Of a DNA stretch of 28,926 nucleotides, positions 9,369 through 17,845 are shown piece after piece; position 1 is the stretch's first letter; every line of letters begins with the position of its first letter. The DNA comes from an uncultured archaeon (lineage in GTDB: Archaea > Hadarchaeota > Hadarchaeia > Hadarchaeales > Hadarchaeaceae). The translations under genes were made by a program, and so were the position numbers. A model generated the notes under the pieces. It saw nothing but the letters and a program-made list of their open reading frames with translations, did not search any database and was not told where the DNA came from. The stretch lies in contig CAKZTQ010000017.1 of assembly GCA_937921735.1 (NCBI GenBank), forward strand, positions 1 to 28,926. Direction: 5' to 3'.

Positions 9369-9806
9369 ATGATGACCCTTCGCGAGGCCTTGGGCATCAT
9401 CGCCTTGGTCGTGACGCTTCAGTTATGCTTAGGCCTTTTGATCTACGGCCCGCTCCGGCCCACGCCCGGCCTCGAGCTTTACTCGATCGCCGCCGCGGTG
9501 CTGGTGATGGCCGCCGTCTCCAGCATCATCGCCGTCGTGCTTTACGCGCTCTTCAGCCGCTACGCCTCGGAGCGCGCGATGAGGGTCGCGATGATGACCC
9601 TCACGGAAGACGAGAGGAGGGTGTTCGAGCTAATACTGCGCTCGGGAGGCGAGGTGAGGCAGGATGACCTCAGACGACAGCTGGACTTCTCCAAATCCAA
9701 GCTGAGCGCGCTCGTGAACAACCTCGAGCGAAAGGGCGCGATAGTGAAAATCCGCTACCACAAGACCAACCTGCTCAAGCCGAGCAAGGGGTTCATCGGG
9801 AGGTAG
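9369..9806 (+). CDS. Membrane-anchored winged-helix transcriptional regulator (COG2512-like)
   Basis: Two hydrophobic helices, then LTEDERRV..LI...GG.V.Q..L...L.FSKSKLS.LV..LE.KG.I.K wHTH; ATG 9369/9372 more plausible than TTG 9306 in the AT-rich spacer. Confidence 0.85.
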   Translation: MMTLREALGIIALVVTLQLCLGLLIYGPLRPTPGLELYSIAAAVLVMAAVSSIIAVVLYALFSRYASERAMRVAMMTLTEDERRVFELILRSGGEVRQDDLRRQLDFSKSKLSALVNNLERKGAIVKIRYHKTNLLKPSKGFIGR

Positions 9807-9862
9807 CTGGGTCCCGACCAACAGGTTTGAATACCTCTTAGCACAGACTGGAGGTTGAGGAT

Positions 9863-10489
9863 TTGATGAAGGAAATAGTGGAACGTATGCGCCGGTACTT
9901 CGACGCCCAAGAGGAGCTTCGCGAACGGGTACTCGAGAGCTCTCGGCAGATAGTGAGGCACTCGGCCAAAGCGATCGCGGCGATGCATCGAGGGGATATC
10001 TCGAGCGCGGAGGAAATGCTGAGGCACGCCCGCGCCGGCATCGCGAGCCTGGAGGAGGCCATCAAGGCCGAGCCTCACCTCGCCGAAAGCGGCACGATAT
10101 TAGCGGCCTATCAGGAATACTGCGAGGCGGCGGTGATGCGCGCGTTCCTCGAGCGGGGGGAGATACCCGAGCCCGAGGAGGTGGGGATCCCCTACAAGCC
10201 CTACTTGGCCGCCCTAGCCGACGTCGCCGGGGAGCTCAGGCGTCGAGCCCTCGATCTGATCAGGGCGAACGAGGTCCAAGCGGCCGAGCACGTGCTCGAG
10301 CTGATGGAGGGGATCCTCGAGCTGCTGATGGAGTTCGACTACCCGGACGCGGTGCTGCCGGGCATGAAACGAAGGCAGGACATGGTCAGGCGGATGGTGG
10401 AGAAGACGAGGGGGGACGTGACGACGGCGATCAGGCAGCAGAGGCTCGAAGATGCCCTCAGGCGCGCCGAGCGGGGGGGATTCGGGTGA
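9863..10489 (+). CDS. Translin family (archaeal C3PO-like) RNA-binding/endonuclease protein
   Basis: RE.....SR.I...S..AI..MHRG, QEYCEA, YL.ALADVAGELRR, KRRQD motifs. Confidence 0.9.
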   Translation: MMKEIVERMRRYFDAQEELRERVLESSRQIVRHSAKAIAAMHRGDISSAEEMLRHARAGIASLEEAIKAEPHLAESGTILAAYQEYCEAAVMRAFLERGEIPEPEEVGIPYKPYLAALADVAGELRRRALDLIRANEVQAAEHVLELMEGILELLMEFDYPDAVLPGMKRRQDMVRRMVEKTRGDVTTAIRQQRLEDALRRAERGGFG

Positions 10490-12066
10490 AGTTCGACGTC
10501 GGAAGGATCAAACGCATGGCGGAGGAGAACTACGAACGCGCATGGCTCGAGACCTCGGAGCTGATAGAGAGGAAGGGAAAATTCCTGGAGCTGGAGGATA
10601 AGCGCAGACCGCATCCGTTGTTCGACCTCATCTCCAAGATCAGGGAGGTGATGTTGGGGCTGGGCTTTTCCGAGGTCGTCGTGCCGACCATAATAGAGCG
10701 AGGCGAGGTGTTCTTGCAATACGGTCCCGAGGCGCCGGTGATACTCGACCGCGTGTTCTTCCTCGCCGGGTTGGATAGGCCGGACATCGGGCTGAGCAAG
10801 CGCCGCATCGAGCAGATCCAAAGTCTGATACCCGGCTTCGAGGACTTCGATCGGCTGCAGGACATCCTACGGCGCTACAAGCTGGGCAAGGTAGGGGCGG
10901 ATGAGCTCGTCGAGGTCATGGTCAGGGAGCTGGGGCTCAGGGAGGAGCAGGCCACCTCTCTTCTCTCGCTCTTCGAGGAGTTCAAGCAACTCAAGCCCAT
11001 ACCCACCAACCTGACGCTGAGGTCCCACCTCACCGCCGGCTGGTTCGCTGTCCTGCGGGAGATGCAACGCCGCGAGCCCCTACCCATCCAGCTCTTCTCC
11101 ATTGGCCCCAAGTTCAGGCGGGAGCAAAAGCTGGACGAGGCCCACCTCTACGACTCCTGGACCGCCTCCCTCGTGGTGATGGCCGAGAGGATGAGCTTGG
11201 AGGATGGCCAGGAGCTGGTGAGGAGGGTACTCGGAGAGCTGGGGTTCGAGGACGTGAAGATGGAGCTGAAGACCGCGACCTCGAAGTACTACGCGCCTCG
11301 GACCGAGTTCGAGGTCTTCCTGAAGCACCCGAGGACGGGGGAATTCCTGGAGGTGGGCGACGCGGGCTTCTACAGCCCGGTATCCCTGAGCAAGTACGAT
11401 ATCCCATATCCCGTGTTCAACTTCGGCTTGGGGCTGGAGCGCTTGCTCATGGTGAGGACGGGCGAGACGGACATCAGGGCATTGGTCTACCCCTATCTCT
11501 ACACGAGGGTCGCCTTCTCCGACGCAGATATCGCGGGCATGTTAAGGCTGGAGAAGGAGCCAAGGACGGAGGTCGGCAAGCAAATAGCTGTAGCGATCGT
11601 TAAGGTCGCCGAGGAGCATGCAAACGAGCCGAGCCCCTGCGAGTTCAAGGCCTTCGAGGGGGAGCTGCTCGGCAAGAGAGTCAGCGTGAGCGTGGTGGAG
11701 CCTGAGAGCGGGACCAAGCTCATAGGGCCAGCGGGCTTCAACGTCCTCTACGTCTACGACGGCAACATCATAGGCCTTCCGCCCAAGGGATGGGAGGAAG
11801 ACGAGTTTCTGAAGAAGGTCAAGGAGCATGGCACCTCCACCGGCATCAGATATATCGACGCCTTCGCCGCGCTGGCGGCGCACGAGATCGAGCGGGCGGT
11901 GGAGAGAGGAGAGCGAGAGGTCAGGATACGGGTGCGCGCCGCGAGGCTCCTGAGCGACATCAACCTAACCCTCGAGGAGGCCGCGCAGCGCTACGTGACC
12001 GACAACAGGAAGAAGATAGACGTCAGGGGACCGATATTCACGACGGTCGTGGCGAGGATATACTGA
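10486..12066 (+). CDS. sepS: O-phosphoserine--tRNA(Cys) ligase (SepRS)
   Basis: MKFD start, QYGPEAPVILDRVFFLAGLDRPDIG, TLRSHLTAGWF, FRREQ..D..HL, SKYYAP.T..EVF, NFGLGLERL, C-terminal KIDVRGPIF. Confidence 0.96.
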   Translation: MKFDVGRIKRMAEENYERAWLETSELIERKGKFLELEDKRRPHPLFDLISKIREVMLGLGFSEVVVPTIIERGEVFLQYGPEAPVILDRVFFLAGLDRPDIGLSKRRIEQIQSLIPGFEDFDRLQDILRRYKLGKVGADELVEVMVRELGLREEQATSLLSLFEEFKQLKPIPTNLTLRSHLTAGWFAVLREMQRREPLPIQLFSIGPKFRREQKLDEAHLYDSWTASLVVMAERMSLEDGQELVRRVLGELGFEDVKMELKTATSKYYAPRTEFEVFLKHPRTGEFLEVGDAGFYSPVSLSKYDIPYPVFNFGLGLERLLMVRTGETDIRALVYPYLYTRVAFSDADIAGMLRLEKEPRTEVGKQIAVAIVKVAEEHANEPSPCEFKAFEGELLGKRVSVSVVEPESGTKLIGPAGFNVLYVYDGNIIGLPPKGWEEDEFLKKVKEHGTSTGIRYIDAFAALAAHEIERAVERGEREVRIRVRAARLLSDINLTLEEAAQRYVTDNRKKIDVRGPIFTTVVARIY

Positions 12067-12067
12067 T

Positions 12068-12898
12068 TTAAAGCCCAAACAGCCCCCTCGTAGCCGCCAG
12101 CCCCCTGCGGGCGGTCTCGTTGGGTTTTTTAGGGTCCCATAGCTCGACCACCACCAAACCATCGTACTTCACCGCTCGCAACGCCTTGACGATCGGCTCG
12201 AAGTTTATCTCGCCCCTTCCCGGCGGGAGGTGGTCGTCCCATGTGCCCTTGTTATCGTGCAGGTGGACGTGGGCGAGGTAATCCCCGATCTCCCTGAGCT
12301 GGCGAGCCATGTTTTCCTCCGGAGCCCTTGCCCCCTGCCTTTTCTGGGCTAGGTAAGCGTGACCGACGTCGAAGGTGATGCCCAGCCCCTCGAAGTCCTG
12401 GGCCAAAACCTTGAGCTGGGAGGCATCGGAATATGGGTAGTGGGCGCCGTCGATGTTCTCCGGCGCGAGCTTGATGCCCCTCTCGCTCGCGTACCTCCAG
12501 CATTCCCCGATGAACTCCCTGTACCATCTCACGGCTCGGCTCAGCACCTCCCCTCGCTCCGGCACCGGACAACGCCCCGGATGGACCACTACCACATCAC
12601 CCTCTAGGACCTCGCACGCATCGATGCTCCGCTTGACTTGGGTCAGCGTGAGGTCCCTAAGGATGGGATAATGGCTTGCGGGGTTGAGGTCCCAAAGGGT
12701 CGCGTGGACCGAGACGCCCAGCCCGTGCGAAGCTATTAGCTCCCTGAGCTCGCGGAGGGCCTCTGGCTCGAAATCGGGTCCAAAGTGGGGTAGATCGTAG
12801 ATCACCTCGATGTAGTCGAAACCAAGCTCCGCCGTGGCCTTCGCAGCATCCTCGATGGTCGAATTCACGAACAACAGGCTCGACAGGCCTATCTTCAT
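12068..12898 (-). CDS. Sugar phosphate isomerase/epimerase family TIM-barrel metalloprotein (AP_endonuc_2 / COG1082-like)
   Basis: SVHA..DLNPAS, VVHPG, PEN, TFDVGHA, HVHLHDN.G..DDHLPPG.G.I.F motifs; SD GAGGTG. Confidence 0.88.
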   Translation of the reverse strand: MKIGLSSLLFVNSTIEDAAKATAELGFDYIEVIYDLPHFGPDFEPEALRELRELIASHGLGVSVHATLWDLNPASHYPILRDLTLTQVKRSIDACEVLEGDVVVVHPGRCPVPERGEVLSRAVRWYREFIGECWRYASERGIKLAPENIDGAHYPYSDASQLKVLAQDFEGLGITFDVGHAYLAQKRQGARAPEENMARQLREIGDYLAHVHLHDNKGTWDDHLPPGRGEINFEPIVKALRAVKYDGLVVVELWDPKKPNETARRGLAATRGLFGL

Positions 12899-12922
12899 CA
12901 ACGCACCTCTAGGTCGGCATCG

Positions 12923-13345
12923 CTACGGCTTGAGCACGTATGGGTTGAGCACCCGCTGCGAGACCAGCGACTCGTCGACGGCTCGCCTCATCTCAAAGCC
13001 TTGCAGGGCCTGCAGGACCACCTCGCAGAAGACCGTCACCACTCCCTCTATCAAGTGCCCGGAGACCGTCCTCGAGTCGTTCCCGCCAGCGATGTGCAGG
13101 TGAACCTTGGGCCTGCCGTCGACCTCGCTCACGTTTCCGTTGCCCACTACCTCAAGGTGTTCTCTGAACTCCTGCTGACAGCCCCGCCTGAAGATGAGGG
13201 CGCACTCCTTCAGCGCCCCTGCGACCGAGTGTATTATGCCGCTCGTTATGCCCTCCCTTGAACAGACCTCCTCCACTCGCTCGACTATCCTCTCGCCCTC
13301 GTCGAGGCGGATGACCAAGAAATTGCCTACCCTCCTGTACTCCAC
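12923..13345 (-). CDS. PPC/DUF296 domain protein
   Basis: IRLDEGE, GNGNV, VHLH, SGHL..G.V...CE motifs; GTG 13345 follows SD GGTGA (ORF extends to 13372). Confidence 0.88.
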   Translation of the reverse strand: MEYRRVGNFLVIRLDEGERIVERVEEVCSREGITSGIIHSVAGALKECALIFRRGCQQEFREHLEVVGNGNVSEVDGRPKVHLHIAGGNDSRTVSGHLIEGVVTVFCEVVLQALQGFEMRRAVDESLVSQRVLNPYVLKP

Positions 13346-13355
13346 GTCGATCACC

Positions 13356-14045
13356 TTACCACGATTGTGCACATGACTTAAAACGCTTGGACCTCATCTC
13401 ACGCGTCGCGAGCTGATGGGCGACCCTGAGCGGCTCTGGCAAGCGATGATCGCGCGCGGTGCCCAACGCGATCTCAATCGCCTTGCCCAGCGAAAGCTTG
13501 TGGCCGACGCTCACGTAGATCGGCCTCGAGCCAGGCAGCACCCTGAGCACCGCCCCTATCGTCTCCCCGCCGTCCTTAAGCAAGGTGTAGGCCCCCCTCC
13601 TCCGAGGGGGCTCCTCCGCGGTCCCGCACAGCCTGCCCTTGGCCACGCCAAGCGTCGGCTTGTCGAGCGTCACCCCTAGGTGGCACGCCAGCCCCGCGCG
13701 CCTCGGGTGAGCCCTACCGTGGGCGCCGACCATGTAAACGTCGGCGTCGATGCCCTCGATCGCCCTGAGCATCCCCTCAAGCTCCCTGAACGCGAGGAAG
13801 GTGGGGATGTACGGGAACTTCAGCTTGACGGCGACGACTTTTTGCTTTATCACCTCCAGGCTCTCGTAGTCCAACAGGACACAGGCGGCACAGGCCCGAT
13901 CGCCCTCGGCGAACGAGATATCGCAACCCGCTATCGTCTCTAACTTCTCCAACCTATCCTCCTCGATTACCTGTTCCGCCACCCGTCGTTGAACCCTCGC
14001 GAGCTCCTCAAGATCTAGCTTCGGGGGCTTGAGGATCGGAAGCAT
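13356..14045 (-). CDS. nfi: Endonuclease V homolog (DGxG motif altered to GAHG)
   Basis: AGCDISF, FPYIPTFLAFRE, HPRRAGLACHLG, GVAK, PIYVSVGH, RLPEPLRVAH. Confidence 0.92.
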   Translation of the reverse strand: MLPILKPPKLDLEELARVQRRVAEQVIEEDRLEKLETIAGCDISFAEGDRACAACVLLDYESLEVIKQKVVAVKLKFPYIPTFLAFRELEGMLRAIEGIDADVYMVGAHGRAHPRRAGLACHLGVTLDKPTLGVAKGRLCGTAEEPPRRRGAYTLLKDGGETIGAVLRVLPGSRPIYVSVGHKLSLGKAIEIALGTARDHRLPEPLRVAHQLATREMRSKRFKSCAQSW

Positions 14046-14093
14046 GCCCCTACCGCTTTCTGTATATATGGATCCCATCATAAGTTAGCTCGC

Positions 14094-14300
14094 ATGCGCG
14101 CGAAGGGCCCCAAGTGCCGGCTTTGTGGGAAGGCGATCCCCCTCATGAGCTACGACGCCGCCTACCTAAAGCTCGTGAGGCCGGGCGAGGCGAAAGCTAT
14201 CTTCATATGTTGGAAGTGCGCCGAGAAGAGGTTGGGAAACAAACTCGGGGAATTGACCGGTAGCTCGGCGGGGAGCGAGCGAGGTGTTGGCGATGGGTAA
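14094..14300 (+). CDS. Small C4 zinc-finger protein
   Basis: CRLC...CWKC; TATATAT 24 nt upstream (leaderless geometry); stop overlaps the start region of the next gene. Confidence 0.65.
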   Translation: MRAKGPKCRLCGKAIPLMSYDAAYLKLVRPGEAKAIFICWKCAEKRLGNKLGELTGSSAGSERGVGDG

Positions 14301-15372
14301 GGCCACGCCCGAGGACCACGCGCTCATGACGTTGGCGATAAAGCGGCGTGGTAAATTCGTGGACTTGGCGCACATTCAAGAAAAGCTCGCGCGCGACGCC
14401 GGCAGGGGGTTCTCCGAGGCGGAAACGCGGGAGCTCCTTAACTCCCTGATCGAAAGGGGTTTGGTCGAGGAGAAGGCCGGCGAGTATGCCATCACCGACG
14501 AGGGGCGAAAATATTTTGACCGCAGATGGAGGGAGGTCAGGGAGGAGCTCAACCAAGACTATCTAAAGGTCTACAGGGCCAAGCAGTACTACCCGCACGT
14601 CGCGGACGCCCTGCTGGAGTTCTGCAAGGATCGCTACGTCTCGGTCTTCAGGCTATTCACCGGGCGAGCTTGGCTGCAGAGAAAGCTCGGGCCGAGGTAC
14701 ATCACCATAAGGAGCGAGCGCGACATCCAGAGGTGGCTCGATGTCCACGGCATAGACTTCATCCCGTACATTCATCGCATCGGCGAGGACCGGCCGGATT
14801 GGCTCGTCATAGACTTCGACGCTGGAAGACGGGTCGAGATAGAGCAAACGAAGAAGGTGGTGAAGGAGGCCTACCAGGTGCTAAGCAGCCACGGCGTGGA
14901 GCCCGCGATCAAGTTCTCGGGCTCGAGGGGTTTTCAGATATGGGCGCAGTTTGAGCCCCACGAACTCCCCCGCGACTACAAGCCCAAGGAGCTCAAGGGG
15001 GGCAAGCGCGAGCGCAACATGTTCAGCTTCTACGCGGACATCGTGCGATTCGTCGAGGCGAGGATCGCGGAGGAGTTGCCGGGCCTGACCACGGCGGAGA
15101 CCGCGAGGAAGGAGGAGCGCACGGACAAAGTCCTGCTCGACGCTTCCATCATCAAGCCCATGGGCGATGTGCGGGCGCCCTACAGCATGCACTACAAGAC
15201 GGGGCTGATATCCATGCCCCTTGAGCTCGGGGAGCTGGCGCGCTTCGAGCCGGAGCAGGCGGATCCGGAGCTGGTGATCGAGCGTTACGACAAGAGGGGC
15301 AATGAGTTCTCGCTCGAACCCACGAGTGGCGAGGAGCTCTTCGAAGCCGTGGTCGAGTGGTGCAAGGGTTAA
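14293..15372 (+). CDS. Archaeo-eukaryotic primase-polymerase (LigD PolDom-like) with N-terminal winged-helix domain
   Basis: AEP motifs: PDWLVIDFD (DxD), KFSGSRGFQI, VLLD...RAPYS...TGL.SMPL; N-terminal LL.SL.ERGLV......Y.ITD.GR wHTH wing; SD GAGGTG before ATG 14293. Confidence 0.85.
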   Translation: MGKATPEDHALMTLAIKRRGKFVDLAHIQEKLARDAGRGFSEAETRELLNSLIERGLVEEKAGEYAITDEGRKYFDRRWREVREELNQDYLKVYRAKQYYPHVADALLEFCKDRYVSVFRLFTGRAWLQRKLGPRYITIRSERDIQRWLDVHGIDFIPYIHRIGEDRPDWLVIDFDAGRRVEIEQTKKVVKEAYQVLSSHGVEPAIKFSGSRGFQIWAQFEPHELPRDYKPKELKGGKRERNMFSFYADIVRFVEARIAEELPGLTTAETARKEERTDKVLLDASIIKPMGDVRAPYSMHYKTGLISMPLELGELARFEPEQADPELVIERYDKRGNEFSLEPTSGEELFEAVVEWCKG

Positions 15373-15576
15373 AATTCGGTGGACAGATCGCTTAAGTTGA
15401 GGTGGACATGCAACCTACGAAATGGGGATGTTATCTCCAAAATGCTCGAGGGCTGCTTATTGATGAATCTCAACACTAGCCCCGGAACCTCGACCATCTA
15501 CACGACAGTCATTTTGCCCTTTTGTCCGAAAAGGTTAGAAGGAGGGGGGAAGTGGATGTACACGGGAGGCTAAGAG

Positions 15577-16098
15577 ATGAGAGCCGACACGAGACCAAGC
15601 AAGGACGAGTACTATCTGGAGATCGCCAAGTCGGTCTCCCTGAGATCCCCATGCCTTCGGAGAAAATTTGGGTCCATTATAGTGAGGGAGGACACCATCG
15701 TGAGTTCTGGGTACAACGGTCCAGCGAGGGGGGTCATAAACTGCCTTGAGATCGGGTGCATCAAGGATCAACTTGATCTCCCCCATTACTCCGCCTACGA
15801 ATACTGCCCCGCCACCCACGCGGAGGAAAACGCGATAATAAATGCTGCGAGACACGGTGCCAGCGTCCTAGGGGGAACCCTTTACCTGTACGGGGTTGAT
15901 CCTCAAGGGCAGCCGGTAGAGGCCAGACCATGCGAGCGGTGCAGGAGGGTAATCATAAATGCTGGGATAAGGAGGGTGGTCATAAGGAAGGAGGACGGGA
16001 CCATCCTGAAGATAGATGTGGAGGAGTGGGTGAGGGAGGACACCGAGCTTTACAAGCGGAGGCTGGCGGAGGTGAGAGGAATTGAGGGCGAAGCTTAA
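15577..16098 (+). CDS. dCMP deaminase family protein
   Basis: RP..DEYYL.IA..V..RS.C.RR, SGYNG, HAEENAI, PCERC. Confidence 0.92.
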   Translation: MRADTRPSKDEYYLEIAKSVSLRSPCLRRKFGSIIVREDTIVSSGYNGPARGVINCLEIGCIKDQLDLPHYSAYEYCPATHAEENAIINAARHGASVLGGTLYLYGVDPQGQPVEARPCERCRRVIINAGIRRVVIRKEDGTILKIDVEEWVREDTELYKRRLAEVRGIEGEA

Positions 16099-16699
16099 GG
16101 TCGAGCTCATAGCCTACACACCTAATCCCGTCGAGGTCTGCGGAAAGGCTGCCGGAGTTTCATATGACAAGGAGGAGAAAGAGGACTATGGGACATTCAT
16201 CCGTAGGATCGTGGCATTCGGACATGAGAGCGTTTTAGAGCATGCAAGTTTTACCTTCAGGGTGGAGGGGATAAGCCGGGCGCTCAGCCACCAGTGGGTC
16301 AGGCACCGCATATGCTCCTTCACCCAGCGGAGCCAACGGAGGGTGGATGAAGGCAGGGGAAGGTACGTGCTCCCACCGCTTGATTACCTCAAGAATGGAG
16401 AGGAGCTGAAGCGGAAGATGGAGGAATTCATCCAGCAATCCTTTAAACTCTACGGCGAGCTGACGGCTGCAGGGGTGAGGAGAGAGGACGCCAGGTATAT
16501 CCTGACCAATGCAACCGAGACCAAGATGTACTGGACGGCGAATGTCCGGGAGCTGAGGCACTTCTTCAGGCTCAGGCTTCACAAGGAGTCCCAGTGGGAA
16601 ATAAGGCAAATGGCCAGGCAAATGTTCGATTTGGTCTACCAGATTGCTCCTCCTCTTTTCGAGGACCTAAAGCGGCTCAGGGAGACCGGAGAGCCCTAA
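16082..16699 (+). CDS. thyX: FAD-dependent thymidylate synthase
   Basis: GHESVLEH, RHRICSFTQRSQR (RHRx7S), EDARY, N.REL.HF..LR....QWEIR. Confidence 0.96.
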   Translation: MRAKLKVELIAYTPNPVEVCGKAAGVSYDKEEKEDYGTFIRRIVAFGHESVLEHASFTFRVEGISRALSHQWVRHRICSFTQRSQRRVDEGRGRYVLPPLDYLKNGEELKRKMEEFIQQSFKLYGELTAAGVRREDARYILTNATETKMYWTANVRELRHFFRLRLHKESQWEIRQMARQMFDLVYQIAPPLFEDLKRLRETGEP

Positions 16700-17167
16700 G
16701 TTCCAAGCATTCTGTTCTCCTTGGATACCTAGTGTGCACATACTCCAGAATTTTTGCAACATTTTTGCCGAAATCAAAAGCCCGCAAGGACATCCTTAAC
16801 TTGGGGGCGCTGCGCCCACGGTTGCCTGAGAACTTGCATCGCCTTCGATCGCCTCAAACTTGTTTTTTGACCGAGGTGCCTGGCATCGCCGAGACCTTGT
16901 TCCCGAGTGCTATAAAGCAAAAATGAAACGTGAAAAATAGCGGATGTACTCGCCAAACATCAAGGATTTCAGGGCCCCATTCACGGCCGCCCAAGACTAG
17001 AAGCGGAAGATGATATGCCGCACCTTAAAGCTCTGATCACAAAAAGATAAAATTGAGATACTTCGACATTGGTCAACCCTGATGTCGTTAAAAGCTTAAA
17101 AAAAGATAGTCGGTCACAGGTTAAGCTAACTCTTCAGATTGAAAAACAACGACCGATTGTCAGAATT

Positions 17168-17845
17168 TCAAGAGTAGCTAATAGCAATAGACCTGATGAT
17201 ATCGCTTACGTCCTCACAGAGATCGGCGATGTTTTCCATATTCTCAGCGATCTCTTTCATCAGCAGCGACTGTCCTATGTCCTTCACTTTCTTGTACCAT
17301 TTCAAAAGTCCTGGTATCAGCTTTTCTGCGCGCAAATCGTCGATCTTCTCCTCCATCTTTTCAACTTCATGCGAAAGAATTATTGCCGCCTTGGGGTCCT
17401 TCTTCAGGGAAATAAAGGTCTCGTGAGTCCTGATCGTGGCCTCCAAAACCGCCGTGGAATAAATCCTCATCGTTTTTTTAAGGTCGCTGGAAAGTTTTTT
17501 TGCATCAATGTATTTTAACTTTCTAGCGGCTGCCTTGGCGTTGGCAGCGATCTCATCGGCCGTCATAGTTAACCTGATTATTTCTTCCCGATTTATCGGA
17601 TGAAATATTCCCTTTGAAAGCTCCTCTAAAATGTTTCGCTTGATAACATCGGCATCGCGCTCACTTTTAAAAGCCTCTTGAAAGCCCTCGTCCCTTTTTT
17701 TCGCATTGAGATCACAAAACGCCTGAACCGCCTTATTCATGCCGGCGACCGTCTTAACTATCTTCTTTATATGCTCATCGCAGATCTCAAGGATTTTTCT
17801 TTCCCTTGACTCTCCCATCCATGTTAACGGGCCTTTTGCCATCAT
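17168..17845 (-). CDS. DUF47 / PhoU-like phosphate transport regulator
   Basis: Duplicated E..AD/E..ID helical repeats, F.PI.RE..I.L....D.IA, E.IAD.CEDVSD; overlaps the pit stop. Confidence 0.9.
   Translation of the reverse strand: MMAKGPLTWMGESRERKILEICDEHIKKIVKTVAGMNKAVQAFCDLNAKKRDEGFQEAFKSERDADVIKRNILEELSKGIFHPINREEIIRLTMTADEIAANAKAAARKLKYIDAKKLSSDLKKTMRIYSTAVLEATIRTHETFISLKKDPKAAIILSHEVEKMEEKIDDLRAEKLIPGLLKWYKKVKDIGQSLLMKEIAENMENIADLCEDVSDIIRSIAISYS

Noticed and set aside
12068-12898. Endonuclease IV (nfo)
   Set aside because: Motifs match the generic sugar phosphate isomerase/epimerase branch; the HAPYxINL pattern is absent
16594-17518. ORFs 16594-16926, 16774-16956 and 17069-17518
   Set aside because: No motifs or SD; partly overlap thyX or are antisense to DUF47
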